DNA of 56,748 nucleotides from an uncultured Alphaproteobacteria bacterium. Its GTDB lineage: Bacteria > Pseudomonadota > Alphaproteobacteria > HIMB59 > GCA-002718135. Shown in pieces: positions 36,188 through 44,389 of this stretch; position 1 is the first letter of the stretch, and every line of letters starts with the position of its first letter. The stretch covers positions 1 to 56,748 of the forward strand of contig CACKQA010000001.1 in assembly GCA_902602135.1 (NCBI GenBank), given 5' to 3'. Made by a program: the position numbers and the translations under genes. The notes beneath the pieces are model-generated. The model had not been told where the DNA came from. It made no database searches and saw only the letters and a program-made list of their open reading frames with translations.

Positions 36188-37315
36188 ATGTCTAAAATAT
36201 TAACTACACATGTAGGCAGCTTGCCTAGATCAAAAGGACTTTCAGAAATTTTATTTTCTAAAGATCGGGGTGAAAAATTTATTAAAGAAGATTTCAATAA
36301 TATATTGAAAAAAAATGTTGAGACAATTGTTAAAAAACAGATCGAAGTTGGTATTGATTATATAAGTGACGGTGAAATGAGTAAAATAAGTTATGCCACT
36401 TATATAAAAGATAGGATAGATGGTTTTTCTGGAGAAAGTGAAAGAAGAGCACCAGCTGATTTAGATGATTTTCCAGAGTATAAAGAAAAAATAGCTAAAA
36501 GTGGGGGTACACCAACGTATAGCAGACCGTGTTGTACTAATGCATTAAAAATCAAAGATAAAGATTCATTAAATAAAGACTTAGAGAATTTTAAAAATTC
36601 ATTAGATAAAAACAATCATCAAAAAGCATTTATGAATGCTGCATCACCAGGTGTCATAAATGTATTTATGCCAAATAGGTTTTATAAAACAGATGATGAA
36701 TATTTACATAAACTTTCAGAAATTATGGCTATTGAGTATGAGACAATTACTAAATCAAATATACAAGTGCAATTAGATTGTCCTGATCTTGCATTAGCTA
36801 GACATATGAATTTTAAGGAATTATCCGAACAAGAATTTTTAAAACGTGCGGAAATTCAAATCGAGTGTTTGAATGAAGCTTTAACTAATGTAGATGTTAA
36901 TATGACTAGAATGCATATTTGTTGGGGAAACTATGAAGGACCTCATACACATGATATCCCACTAGAAAAAATATTACCAATAATTTTAAAATCTAAAATT
37001 AAATATTTTTTAATTGAGTCATCAAATCCCAGACACGCACATGAGTGGAAAGTTTTTCAAGATATTAAATTACCAAAAGATAAAGTTTTAGTTCCTGGTG
37101 TTATCGATTCAACATCAAATTTTGTTGAGCACCCTGAGGTTGTAGCAGATAGATTAATTCAGTTTTCAACGGTAATTCCAAAAGACCAACTAATGGCTGG
37201 AACTGATTGCGGATTTAGTACTTTTGCAGGATTTGGCAAAATTGATGAAAATATTTGTTATGAAAAACTTCATTCTTTAGTTGAAGGAACTAAATTAGCA
37301 AACAAAGTTATATAA
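36188..37315 (+). CDS. Single-domain MetE-like (cobalamin-independent methionine synthase C-terminal family) Zn-dependent alkyl/methyltransferase
   Basis: 375 aa with N-terminal TTHVGSLPRS and putative Zn ligands in MHICWGN and GTDCGF. Confidence 0.65.
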   Translation: MSKILTTHVGSLPRSKGLSEILFSKDRGEKFIKEDFNNILKKNVETIVKKQIEVGIDYISDGEMSKISYATYIKDRIDGFSGESERRAPADLDDFPEYKEKIAKSGGTPTYSRPCCTNALKIKDKDSLNKDLENFKNSLDKNNHQKAFMNAASPGVINVFMPNRFYKTDDEYLHKLSEIMAIEYETITKSNIQVQLDCPDLALARHMNFKELSEQEFLKRAEIQIECLNEALTNVDVNMTRMHICWGNYEGPHTHDIPLEKILPIILKSKIKYFLIESSNPRHAHEWKVFQDIKLPKDKVLVPGVIDSTSNFVEHPEVVADRLIQFSTVIPKDQLMAGTDCGFSTFAGFGKIDENICYEKLHSLVEGTKLANKVI

Positions 37316-37316
37316 T

Positions 37317-38315
37317 TTATCTAGATGTTTTTCTTTTTATTAATGTTCCTTGGATTAAATGACTAACGGCCTCATAATCTGGATCTTTAATATTATCATT
37401 AATAAGTTGAGTTACTAATTTTGACATTTGTCTCAAGGGCTGTTTTACAGTACTTAAATTGTAAGATGACCAGTTTGCCATTGAGATATCGTCATATCCA
37501 AATATTTCAATATCGTTAGGTATTTCAATTTTTGTATTTTTTTTAATGTAATCTAAACATCCAAATGCCATCGTATCATCTGCACAAAAAATAGCTGAGA
37601 TTTTTTTATTCGTTAAGATTTTTGCTGTTGCAGCATATCCACCTTCATATGTAAAATTTCCTTTTTGAGAGTATAATTTTAATTTTTTTGATTTTTTTAA
37701 TTTATTTTTAAATCCTTTACATCTTTCATTACTTACATAAGATCCTGTGGGACCTTCAATTAAACCAACTTCCTGATGGTTATTTTTGATTATTTGATCT
37801 GCAATTAATTCACCACCAAATCTATGATTACATGCAACTGAACTTATAGTAGGGATATCCCAAGCTCTATTATAGGCTATAATTTGAATCTTTTTATTTA
37901 AGCAATTTTCAACAAATTGATCTGTTGGTTTAGTTGCTGAAATTATTGCAACTAATCTTTCTTTCAAATATGGCTGAATGAGCTTATCGTCTAATTCTTC
38001 ACCATCATCAGTTGTTATCAATAAAATTCTAAAACCCGATAAACGTAGCGCTTCATGCAATTCAGTTAATACCTCTGGATAAAATCGATTGGTTATATAA
38101 GGTAAAATAACTCCCACTAGTCCACTATCTTCAATATTTTGAGAATCTTGCAAAAAAGTTTGAGGTTTATATTTTAGTTTTTTGGCAGCTTCAAGAACCC
38201 TTAGTTTTGTCCTGCTTGAGATGCTTGCACCTTTAGTAAAACATCTTGAAACAGCTGATTGAGATACTCCTGCTAATTTTGCGACATCTTGGGATGTGGC
38301 ATTTTTATTCATCAT
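37317..38315 (-). CDS. LacI-family transcriptional regulator
   Basis: N-terminal HTH ATSQDVAKLAGVSQSAVSR plus a periplasmic-binding-protein-like sugar-binding core. I moved the start to ATG 38315 (AGGA 5 nt upstream). The ORF-track start at 38357 is a TTG inside the palindrome. Confidence 0.85.
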   Translation of the reverse strand: MMNKNATSQDVAKLAGVSQSAVSRCFTKGASISSRTKLRVLEAAKKLKYKPQTFLQDSQNIEDSGLVGVILPYITNRFYPEVLTELHEALRLSGFRILLITTDDGEELDDKLIQPYLKERLVAIISATKPTDQFVENCLNKKIQIIAYNRAWDIPTISSVACNHRFGGELIADQIIKNNHQEVGLIEGPTGSYVSNERCKGFKNKLKKSKKLKLYSQKGNFTYEGGYAATAKILTNKKISAIFCADDTMAFGCLDYIKKNTKIEIPNDIEIFGYDDISMANWSSYNLSTVKQPLRQMSKLVTQLINDNIKDPDYEAVSHLIQGTLIKRKTSR

Positions 38316-38341
38316 TTTTCCTTTTTTATGTATGCAAATGC

Positions 38342-38357
38342 TTGAATAATTATTCAA
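38342..38357. promoter_or_regulatory. Perfect 16-bp palindrome TTGAATAATTATTCAA (candidate LacI-family operator)
   Basis: It lies in the divergent spacer between the LacI gene and the ABC SBP gene, 27 nt upstream of the revised LacI start. Confidence 0.55.
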
Positions 38358-38415
38358 ACTGTTGCATTAATAAAATATTATAAATTAATATATTAATAAA
38401 TTATAGGGGAAACAA

Positions 38416-39630
38416 ATGAAAAAAATACTAGTATTATTTGCGATTTTCACATCATTTTTTTTCTTAGCCGGTACTAATGCAAAAGCTTGCGAGCTAAACA
38501 ATTCTGTACCAGTAACTTCTTTATCTGCAGGATTTGATGCCTGGAAAGTTGTTACTTCTGCTATGGAAGAGTGTGGAAATTTTACACCTACACTTGATCA
38601 AGAATACAGAGATAAGCTTGTTGCATCATTAGAAAGCAACCCATCTCAATTTACAATGGCAGGTGTTTCAGCTTCTACAAATGTATCGGTTCTTGATGCT
38701 GGTGTAACTAGACCACTTGACGATCTAGTTGCTAAATATGGAGACTCTCTACAAGATAATCAAAAAATTGTAATTGATGGAAAAATTATGGCAATTGCAA
38801 TGATGACAAATGCTCAACATTTATTTTACAGAGAAGATATTTTGAGTGATCTTGGTATAGATATTCCAACAACTTATGACGAGCTTTTGAAAGCTGCTAA
38901 AGTTATTAAAGATGCTGGAGTTGTAGATTATCCACTTGGTGGAACATTCAAGTCAGGTTGGAATTTAGGAGAAGAATTTGTAAATATGTATTTGGGTTTT
39001 GCTGATTCTTTTTTTGATGGAAATATGCCAGCAGTTAATAATAACGATGGCTATGAAACACTTAAGATGATGAAAAAACTAACAGAATATATGGATCCTG
39101 AGTATTTAACTTCAGATTCTACATATGTTCAACAACAATTCCAACAGGGTAAGATTGCTCTTGCAAACCTTTGGGCGTCTCGAGCTGGTGCTATGGATAA
39201 TGCAGAGGAGTCAACAGTTGTTGGATTAGTAAAGTTTGCATCAGCGCCTAAAGCAAAAAAGAATGGTAAACCAGCATCTACATTATGGTGGGATGGTGTT
39301 GTTATAGCTAAAAATGTTACTGATGAAGAAGCAGAAGCAGCATTTAAATTAGCTATGGTTGGATTAGATCCAGCAAACTTAGGAGCGAACCCTGAAGCTG
39401 CTCCTTGGCTGTCTAATGCGTTTGATCCAGCTCCATCAAATATTGGTGCAATTTTAACTGCAAAATCTGGAGCAGCTCCTTATCCTGCATCAGCAAAAAT
39501 GAGCACACTCCATGGAGTCTTAGGTGCTGCTATTGGTGATTATTTGACTGGCGCAGCTACTGCAAAAGCTACTCTAGAAAAAATTGAGGCTGATTATATT
39601 ACTGCAGCAACAGAAAAAGGTCTCTTATAA
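38416..39630 (+). CDS. ABC transporter substrate-binding protein, sugar/polyol type (family 1)
   Basis: Signal peptide and 404 aa, followed by MalF/MalG-type permeases. Confidence 0.8.
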   Translation: MKKILVLFAIFTSFFFLAGTNAKACELNNSVPVTSLSAGFDAWKVVTSAMEECGNFTPTLDQEYRDKLVASLESNPSQFTMAGVSASTNVSVLDAGVTRPLDDLVAKYGDSLQDNQKIVIDGKIMAIAMMTNAQHLFYREDILSDLGIDIPTTYDELLKAAKVIKDAGVVDYPLGGTFKSGWNLGEEFVNMYLGFADSFFDGNMPAVNNNDGYETLKMMKKLTEYMDPEYLTSDSTYVQQQFQQGKIALANLWASRAGAMDNAEESTVVGLVKFASAPKAKKNGKPASTLWWDGVVIAKNVTDEEAEAAFKLAMVGLDPANLGANPEAAPWLSNAFDPAPSNIGAILTAKSGAAPYPASAKMSTLHGVLGAAIGDYLTGAATAKATLEKIEADYITAATEKGLL

Positions 39631-39646
39631 TTTTATATAATTGTAT

Positions 39647-39680
39647 ATTACTCCCCTTTTAAAATCTTAAGGGGGGTAAT
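39647..39680 (+). other. Intercistronic 12-bp stem-loop after the SBP gene
   Basis: ATTACTCCCCTT ... AAGGGGGGTAAT (one G-U pair). Its 3' arm includes the G-run 13-18 nt upstream of the next ATG. Confidence 0.5.
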
Positions 39681-39688
39681 ATTAGTAA

Positions 39689-40708
39689 ATGAAAAAATCT
39701 ACTTTTTTAGTTTTTACAATGCCATCATTTATAATGATGACATTATTTATTGCCTTACCTCTTCTAATAGTTTTAATTCAAAGTTTTCAATTCAACCAAG
39801 ATGTATTAGAAACGATTGAAAGAGAAAATTGCGATCCTTTTGGATGTAAAACAGAAACAATTACCGTTCCTGTATTAGATGAAAATGGAAATAAAATAAA
39901 AAATAATATTTGGGTAGGCTTTCAAAATTATAAAAATATTTTGAAATTTGAACAATTATCATCTGTTATTTCAAATGATGGTTTTGAATGGAGTAAAATA
40001 AGATCTATTGATTTTTATAAAGCTCTAAGGTTTACACTAACATTTACATTTATTACTTTACCATTTGTAATAATCTTAGGTTTAATATTAGCTCTATGCG
40101 TTAATGTTTTAATTAATAGATTGAAAGGTCCAATAATTTTTATAACCTTGCTCCCATTTATAATTACACCTGTAATAGGTGCTTTATCAATAAAATGGTT
40201 ATTTATAGGAGATGGTATATTAACTTTATTTTTAGAAAATATTTTAGATAAAGATATTGCCCTATTTTCTCAAGGCTGGACGATAGAGATTCTAATGCTT
40301 TTTTATAGAGTTTGGCACACTATACCTTTTGCCTTTGTTATTTTTTATGCAGGACTACAAACTGTCGATAAAGAAAAAATTGAGGCAGCATTTGTAGATG
40401 GGGCAAATAGACTTCAGCGTTTAAGATTTATTATAATTCCGCATATCATGCCATTAATAGTATTTGTTGCTTTAATTCATTTAATGGATTCATATCGAGT
40501 TTTTGATGAAATTGTTGGTTTTAGTGCTTCTGGATTTAGGATTTCATTACAATGGATGACTTATGATTTCTTGAGAATTGATGATTCTGGAACAAGATCT
40601 ATTGGAAGAGCATCAGCTACTTCTGTTCTTACAATGATAGGAATTATAATAATATTAATTCCAGTTTTAAGAAGAACTTTTAAAGAGCAAAAAGAAAAAA
40701 GATTATAA
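39689..40708 (+). CDS. ABC transporter permease (MalF-like)
   Basis: 339 aa polytopic protein with an EAA-type loop (IEAAFVDGANRLQRLRFIIIP). Confidence 0.85.
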   Translation: MKKSTFLVFTMPSFIMMTLFIALPLLIVLIQSFQFNQDVLETIERENCDPFGCKTETITVPVLDENGNKIKNNIWVGFQNYKNILKFEQLSSVISNDGFEWSKIRSIDFYKALRFTLTFTFITLPFVIILGLILALCVNVLINRLKGPIIFITLLPFIITPVIGALSIKWLFIGDGILTLFLENILDKDIALFSQGWTIEILMLFYRVWHTIPFAFVIFYAGLQTVDKEKIEAAFVDGANRLQRLRFIIIPHIMPLIVFVALIHLMDSYRVFDEIVGFSASGFRISLQWMTYDFLRIDDSGTRSIGRASATSVLTMIGIIIILIPVLRRTFKEQKEKRL

Positions 40709-41841
40709 TGGAAAGTAAACTTTTTAACTTAACCACGCCTCTTAAAATTATTGTTTCAATTACAATAATTACGTGGTGTATAATTGCTTTATTCCCGCTC
40801 TTATGGATTGTTGTAATGTCAATAAAACTTCCTGTTGATTCTTTTGCTTCCAATCCTTTAAAGGTAATAATTGGTCCAAGCACAAAAGAACAGGTTGGAG
40901 GTCTATCTTTTGTTAACTTTATTTTTCTTTTTCTATCAATTTATTTGTTTTATAAATTATACCAAATAAGAAAAATTTTATTTGATTTAATTAATCCTAT
41001 TTTAAAATTTTCTTTAATTACTTTTTTCATTTTATTCATTTTATATATAACTATTTCCTTCATATTATTTTTTTTAATTCAAAATAATTTATCTGAATTT
41101 GTAAATATATTATTTTCAAATTTAGAATTCTTAAAAATTTTTTCTTACCCAATCATAGGTTTTACTCCTCAGCATTATTTGTCTGTTTGGGTTGGTAATG
41201 AATTTTATAAACAATTCTTAAATACTATGATTGTAACAGGTGGGGTTGTTACAATATCATTAACTGTTGGAACACTAGCTGGTTATGGATTAGCAAGAAG
41301 TAATTCTATGATTGCCTTTTGGCTTTTAATTTTTGCTTTAATTTTTAGAGCTTTACCTCATTCTGTTTTGGTTACTGGTTATTTAGAACCTTTTATAAAT
41401 TATGGATTATATGGAAAAAAAATTGCTGTTATTGTTTTGTTAGTAGCTATTAACCAACCTTTTACAATATGGATGCTGAGATCATTTTTTATGAATATAC
41501 CTCAAGATTTAGATGAAGCTGCTCAAATTGATGGATGTAATCCTTTTCAAGCTTTCTGGAAAGTTGTGATGCCTTTAATGTGGCCAGGTGTAATTACAAC
41601 AGGATTATTTTCTTTCTTGTTAGCTTATAATGATTATCTTGTTGCAGCATTATTATTAGATGGACAATCACAAACTATGGTTCCAGCAATTATGCAATAT
41701 TTTAATATGGAAACTAAAATGACAGATTTAGTTGAGTCAATTGCTGCTGCTGCATCAATTACCGCACCATTGTTTTTGTTAGTGATGTTTTTCCAAAAAC
41801 AAATAGTGTCTGGTTTAACTCAAGGTGCAGTAAAGGGTTAA
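40708..41841 (+). CDS. ABC transporter permease (MalG-like) with an extra hydrophobic insertion
   Basis: EAA-type loop LDEAAQIDGCNPFQAFWKVVMP. It is 377 aa against about 280 typical. The extra F/I/L-rich segment falls after TM1 (about residues 60-150). Confidence 0.8.
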   Translation: MESKLFNLTTPLKIIVSITIITWCIIALFPLLWIVVMSIKLPVDSFASNPLKVIIGPSTKEQVGGLSFVNFIFLFLSIYLFYKLYQIRKILFDLINPILKFSLITFFILFILYITISFILFFLIQNNLSEFVNILFSNLEFLKIFSYPIIGFTPQHYLSVWVGNEFYKQFLNTMIVTGGVVTISLTVGTLAGYGLARSNSMIAFWLLIFALIFRALPHSVLVTGYLEPFINYGLYGKKIAVIVLLVAINQPFTIWMLRSFFMNIPQDLDEAAQIDGCNPFQAFWKVVMPLMWPGVITTGLFSFLLAYNDYLVAALLLDGQSQTMVPAIMQYFNMETKMTDLVESIAAAASITAPLFLLVMFFQKQIVSGLTQGAVKG

Positions 41842-41875
41842 CAAGAATATGATAATTATTTATTAAAATTATAAG

Positions 41876-42535
41876 ATGAAATACAAAGCATTACTTTTTG
41901 GATCAATTGGAACACTGATTGAATCTTCTAATATCCAACGTAATTCATTTAACGAAGCCTTTAAAGAAGCTGGTTTAGATTGGTATTGGGACGAGCAAGA
42001 TTATAGAATTTTATTAAAAAAATCAGGTGGCACTAAGAGAGTAGAAGATTTTGCAGAAAAAAATAATATCAATGTTAATGCATCACAAATTAGAGATAGA
42101 AAAACAGAATTATTTAGTTCATTCATTATTCAAAACAAACAAAAATTAAGAGAAAGTGTTTATGAAATGATTAGATATACTAAAGATAATAATATTAAAC
42201 TTGCATTCTCAACTTCTACAACTGTAAATAATGTAGAAGCTGTATTTGAAAGTCTTTCTAATCAAATTTCAAAAGCGGATTTTGATTTTATTGGAAATAG
42301 ATCATTTGTTAACAATGAAAAACCTCATCCAGAGATATATAAAGTAACACTAGAAAAATTAAATTTAAAACCTGAAGAATGTCTTGCAATTGAAGATACA
42401 GAGGAAAGTAGTAATGCCGCTGTTAATGCAAGTGTTAAATGTATTGCATTTCCAGGTGATTTTCACAAAGAAAATAAATTTGATATGTGCATCAAAAAAA
42501 TGAATTTATTAGATCAAACCATTTTTTCATTGTAA
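41876..42535 (+). CDS. HAD-fold protein with a degenerate motif I (FGSIGT instead of DxDGT)
   Basis: Motifs II (AFSTST), III (EKPHPEIY) and IV (AIEDTEES) are present. Both motif-I aspartates are replaced (codons gga tca att at 41900-41908). Confidence 0.6.
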   Translation: MKYKALLFGSIGTLIESSNIQRNSFNEAFKEAGLDWYWDEQDYRILLKKSGGTKRVEDFAEKNNINVNASQIRDRKTELFSSFIIQNKQKLRESVYEMIRYTKDNNIKLAFSTSTTVNNVEAVFESLSNQISKADFDFIGNRSFVNNEKPHPEIYKVTLEKLNLKPEECLAIEDTEESSNAAVNASVKCIAFPGDFHKENKFDMCIKKMNLLDQTIFSL

Positions 42536-42548
42536 ATTATACGCATAA

Positions 42549-43316
42549 ATGTTTCTAAAAAAATTCGAAGTAAAAGATAAGACTGCGCTTGTTACAGGTG
42601 CAGGTAAAGGGATTGGTAAAGCATCTGCAATCGCACTGGCAGAAGCTGGAGCAAATTTAATAATTATAAGTAGAACAGAAAAAGATCTTATAGCTGTTAA
42701 AAACCAAATTAAAAAAATTAAAAGAAAATGCAACTACTTTGTTTGTGATGTAACAAATTTAAAAGAAATAAAAAAAATATTTTCTAAAATTCCAAAATTA
42801 GACATATTAGTAAATAACGCTGGAACAAATAGGCCAGAATATTTTACTAAAATTAAAAGAAAAGATATGAGTGAAGTGGTTGATCTTAATATTAAAGCAT
42901 CATTTGATATTGCTCAATTAGCAACAAAAATTATGCTAAAATCAACAAATAGAAAAAAAAGTGGTGGATCAATTATAAATATTTCATCTCAGTTAGGTAA
43001 AGTTGGAGCTCCTCTTAGAAGTGTTTACAATATGACCAAGTTTGGCGTTGAAGGTCTAACTAAAGGAATGGCTATCGATTTAGCAAAACACAACATTAGA
43101 GTTAATTCAGTTTGCCCTACATTTGTTGAAACTCCTATGGTTAAAAAATTTTTCAAAGATAAAAATTTTAAAAAATCTGTTATTGAAAATATACCTTTAG
43201 GAAAAGTAGCAACAGAAAGTGATATTGCTAGTGCAGTAGTGTATCTTGCCTCTGATGCTGCATCGATGATAACTGGCTCTTCATTAGTAATTGATGGAGG
43301 ATGGACTGCTAAATAA
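42549..43316 (+). CDS. Short-chain dehydrogenase/reductase
   Basis: TGAGKGIGKA, NNAG and an S...YNMTK catalytic triad pattern, at 255 aa. Confidence 0.9.
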   Translation: MFLKKFEVKDKTALVTGAGKGIGKASAIALAEAGANLIIISRTEKDLIAVKNQIKKIKRKCNYFVCDVTNLKEIKKIFSKIPKLDILVNNAGTNRPEYFTKIKRKDMSEVVDLNIKASFDIAQLATKIMLKSTNRKKSGGSIINISSQLGKVGAPLRSVYNMTKFGVEGLTKGMAIDLAKHNIRVNSVCPTFVETPMVKKFFKDKNFKKSVIENIPLGKVATESDIASAVVYLASDAASMITGSSLVIDGGWTAK

Positions 43317-44389
43317 TGATTTCTAGAGAATTAAAAAATTTTTTTGCCAACTATCAGATTGCAACTCAAACATTTAACAAAAAGACAATTGAAAAATCAT
43401 TAAGCAATTATTTTACAAAAGAATCTTTATTTAATTTTTGCCATCCTTTTGGAACTTTTAAAGGTTTAAATAATTTTCTTTCCAAATGTATTTTGCCATT
43501 ATTGGATAGTATCCCTGATCTAGAAAGAAGAGATATGATTATTATGGCGGGAAAAACCCCTGAAGGGCAAAAATGGATAGGTACAATGGGTAATTATATG
43601 GGAACTTTTATAAAACCATACTTAGATATTCCACCAACAGGCAATTTAATTCATATGCGCTATCATGAGTTTTTTAAAATAGAGGAAAATAAAATTACTG
43701 AAGTACAATCTATTTGGGACTTACCTGAAATTATGATGCAAGCAAATGCATGGCCAATGTCTCCTCAACTTGGTGCATTTCTGTGTACCCCAGCTCCTAT
43801 GACTGGAGATGGCTTGTCAATAAATGGAGAAAAGAAAGAAAATTTTGATCATGTTATAGATATGTTAAATGATTTATCCTTACATCCTAAAAATCCAGAT
43901 CCAAAAATTATGAATCTAGAAAAATATTGGCACCCAAATCTTAATTGGTACGGACCAGCCGGAATTGGAACAGGTAGAGGTATAGCAGGTTTCAGACATT
44001 GGCATCAAATCCCATTTTTAAGAGCAATGCCAGATAGAAAAGGTGGTTCATCAAATGAAAAATTAGCCACCGATGGCATGGAAGATTTGCAAACACACTG
44101 GATACATGAAGGAAATTATGTGTGTGAAACAGGTTGGCCTAATATGAGATTAACAATAACCAATGATGGCTGGATGGGTATTGCTCCATCAAATCAAGCA
44201 CTAGAAATGAGAAGTCTTGATTTCTGGAGGCTAGAAAATGGTTTGATTAGAGAAAATTGGGTCTTAATTGATTTACTTGATATTTATAGACAAATTGGAA
44301 TCAATATATTTGACAGAATTAAAGAGTTTAATAAAGCTCGTCAAACAGGACATATCAATTTATCTGATGGATTAGATGTTTTAAAGTAG
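43316..44389 (+). CDS. Double NTF2/SnoaL-like protein, paralog C (closest to 33035-34132)
   Basis: 357 aa with shared blocks PDLERR, YWHPNLNWYGPAGIGTGRG, HQIPF and [24 protein letters not shown]. Confidence 0.5.
   Translation: MISRELKNFFANYQIATQTFNKKTIEKSLSNYFTKESLFNFCHPFGTFKGLNNFLSKCILPLLDSIPDLERRDMIIMAGKTPEGQKWIGTMGNYMGTFIKPYLDIPPTGNLIHMRYHEFFKIEENKITEVQSIWDLPEIMMQANAWPMSPQLGAFLCTPAPMTGDGLSINGEKKENFDHVIDMLNDLSLHPKNPDPKIMNLEKYWHPNLNWYGPAGIGTGRGIAGFRHWHQIPFLRAMPDRKGGSSNEKLATDGMEDLQTHWIHEGNYVCETGWPNMRLTITNDGWMGIAPSNQALEMRSLDFWRLENGLIRENWVLIDLLDIYRQIGINIFDRIKEFNKARQTGHINLSDGLDVLK

Noticed and set aside
38316-38357. The ORF track gives a 14-codon N-terminal extension of the LacI regulator (MNNYSSICIHKKGK).
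   Set aside because: The extension starts at a TTG located inside the 16-bp palindrome. LacI-family HTH motifs sit at the extreme N-terminus. The ATG at 38315 has an AGGA 5 nt upstream.
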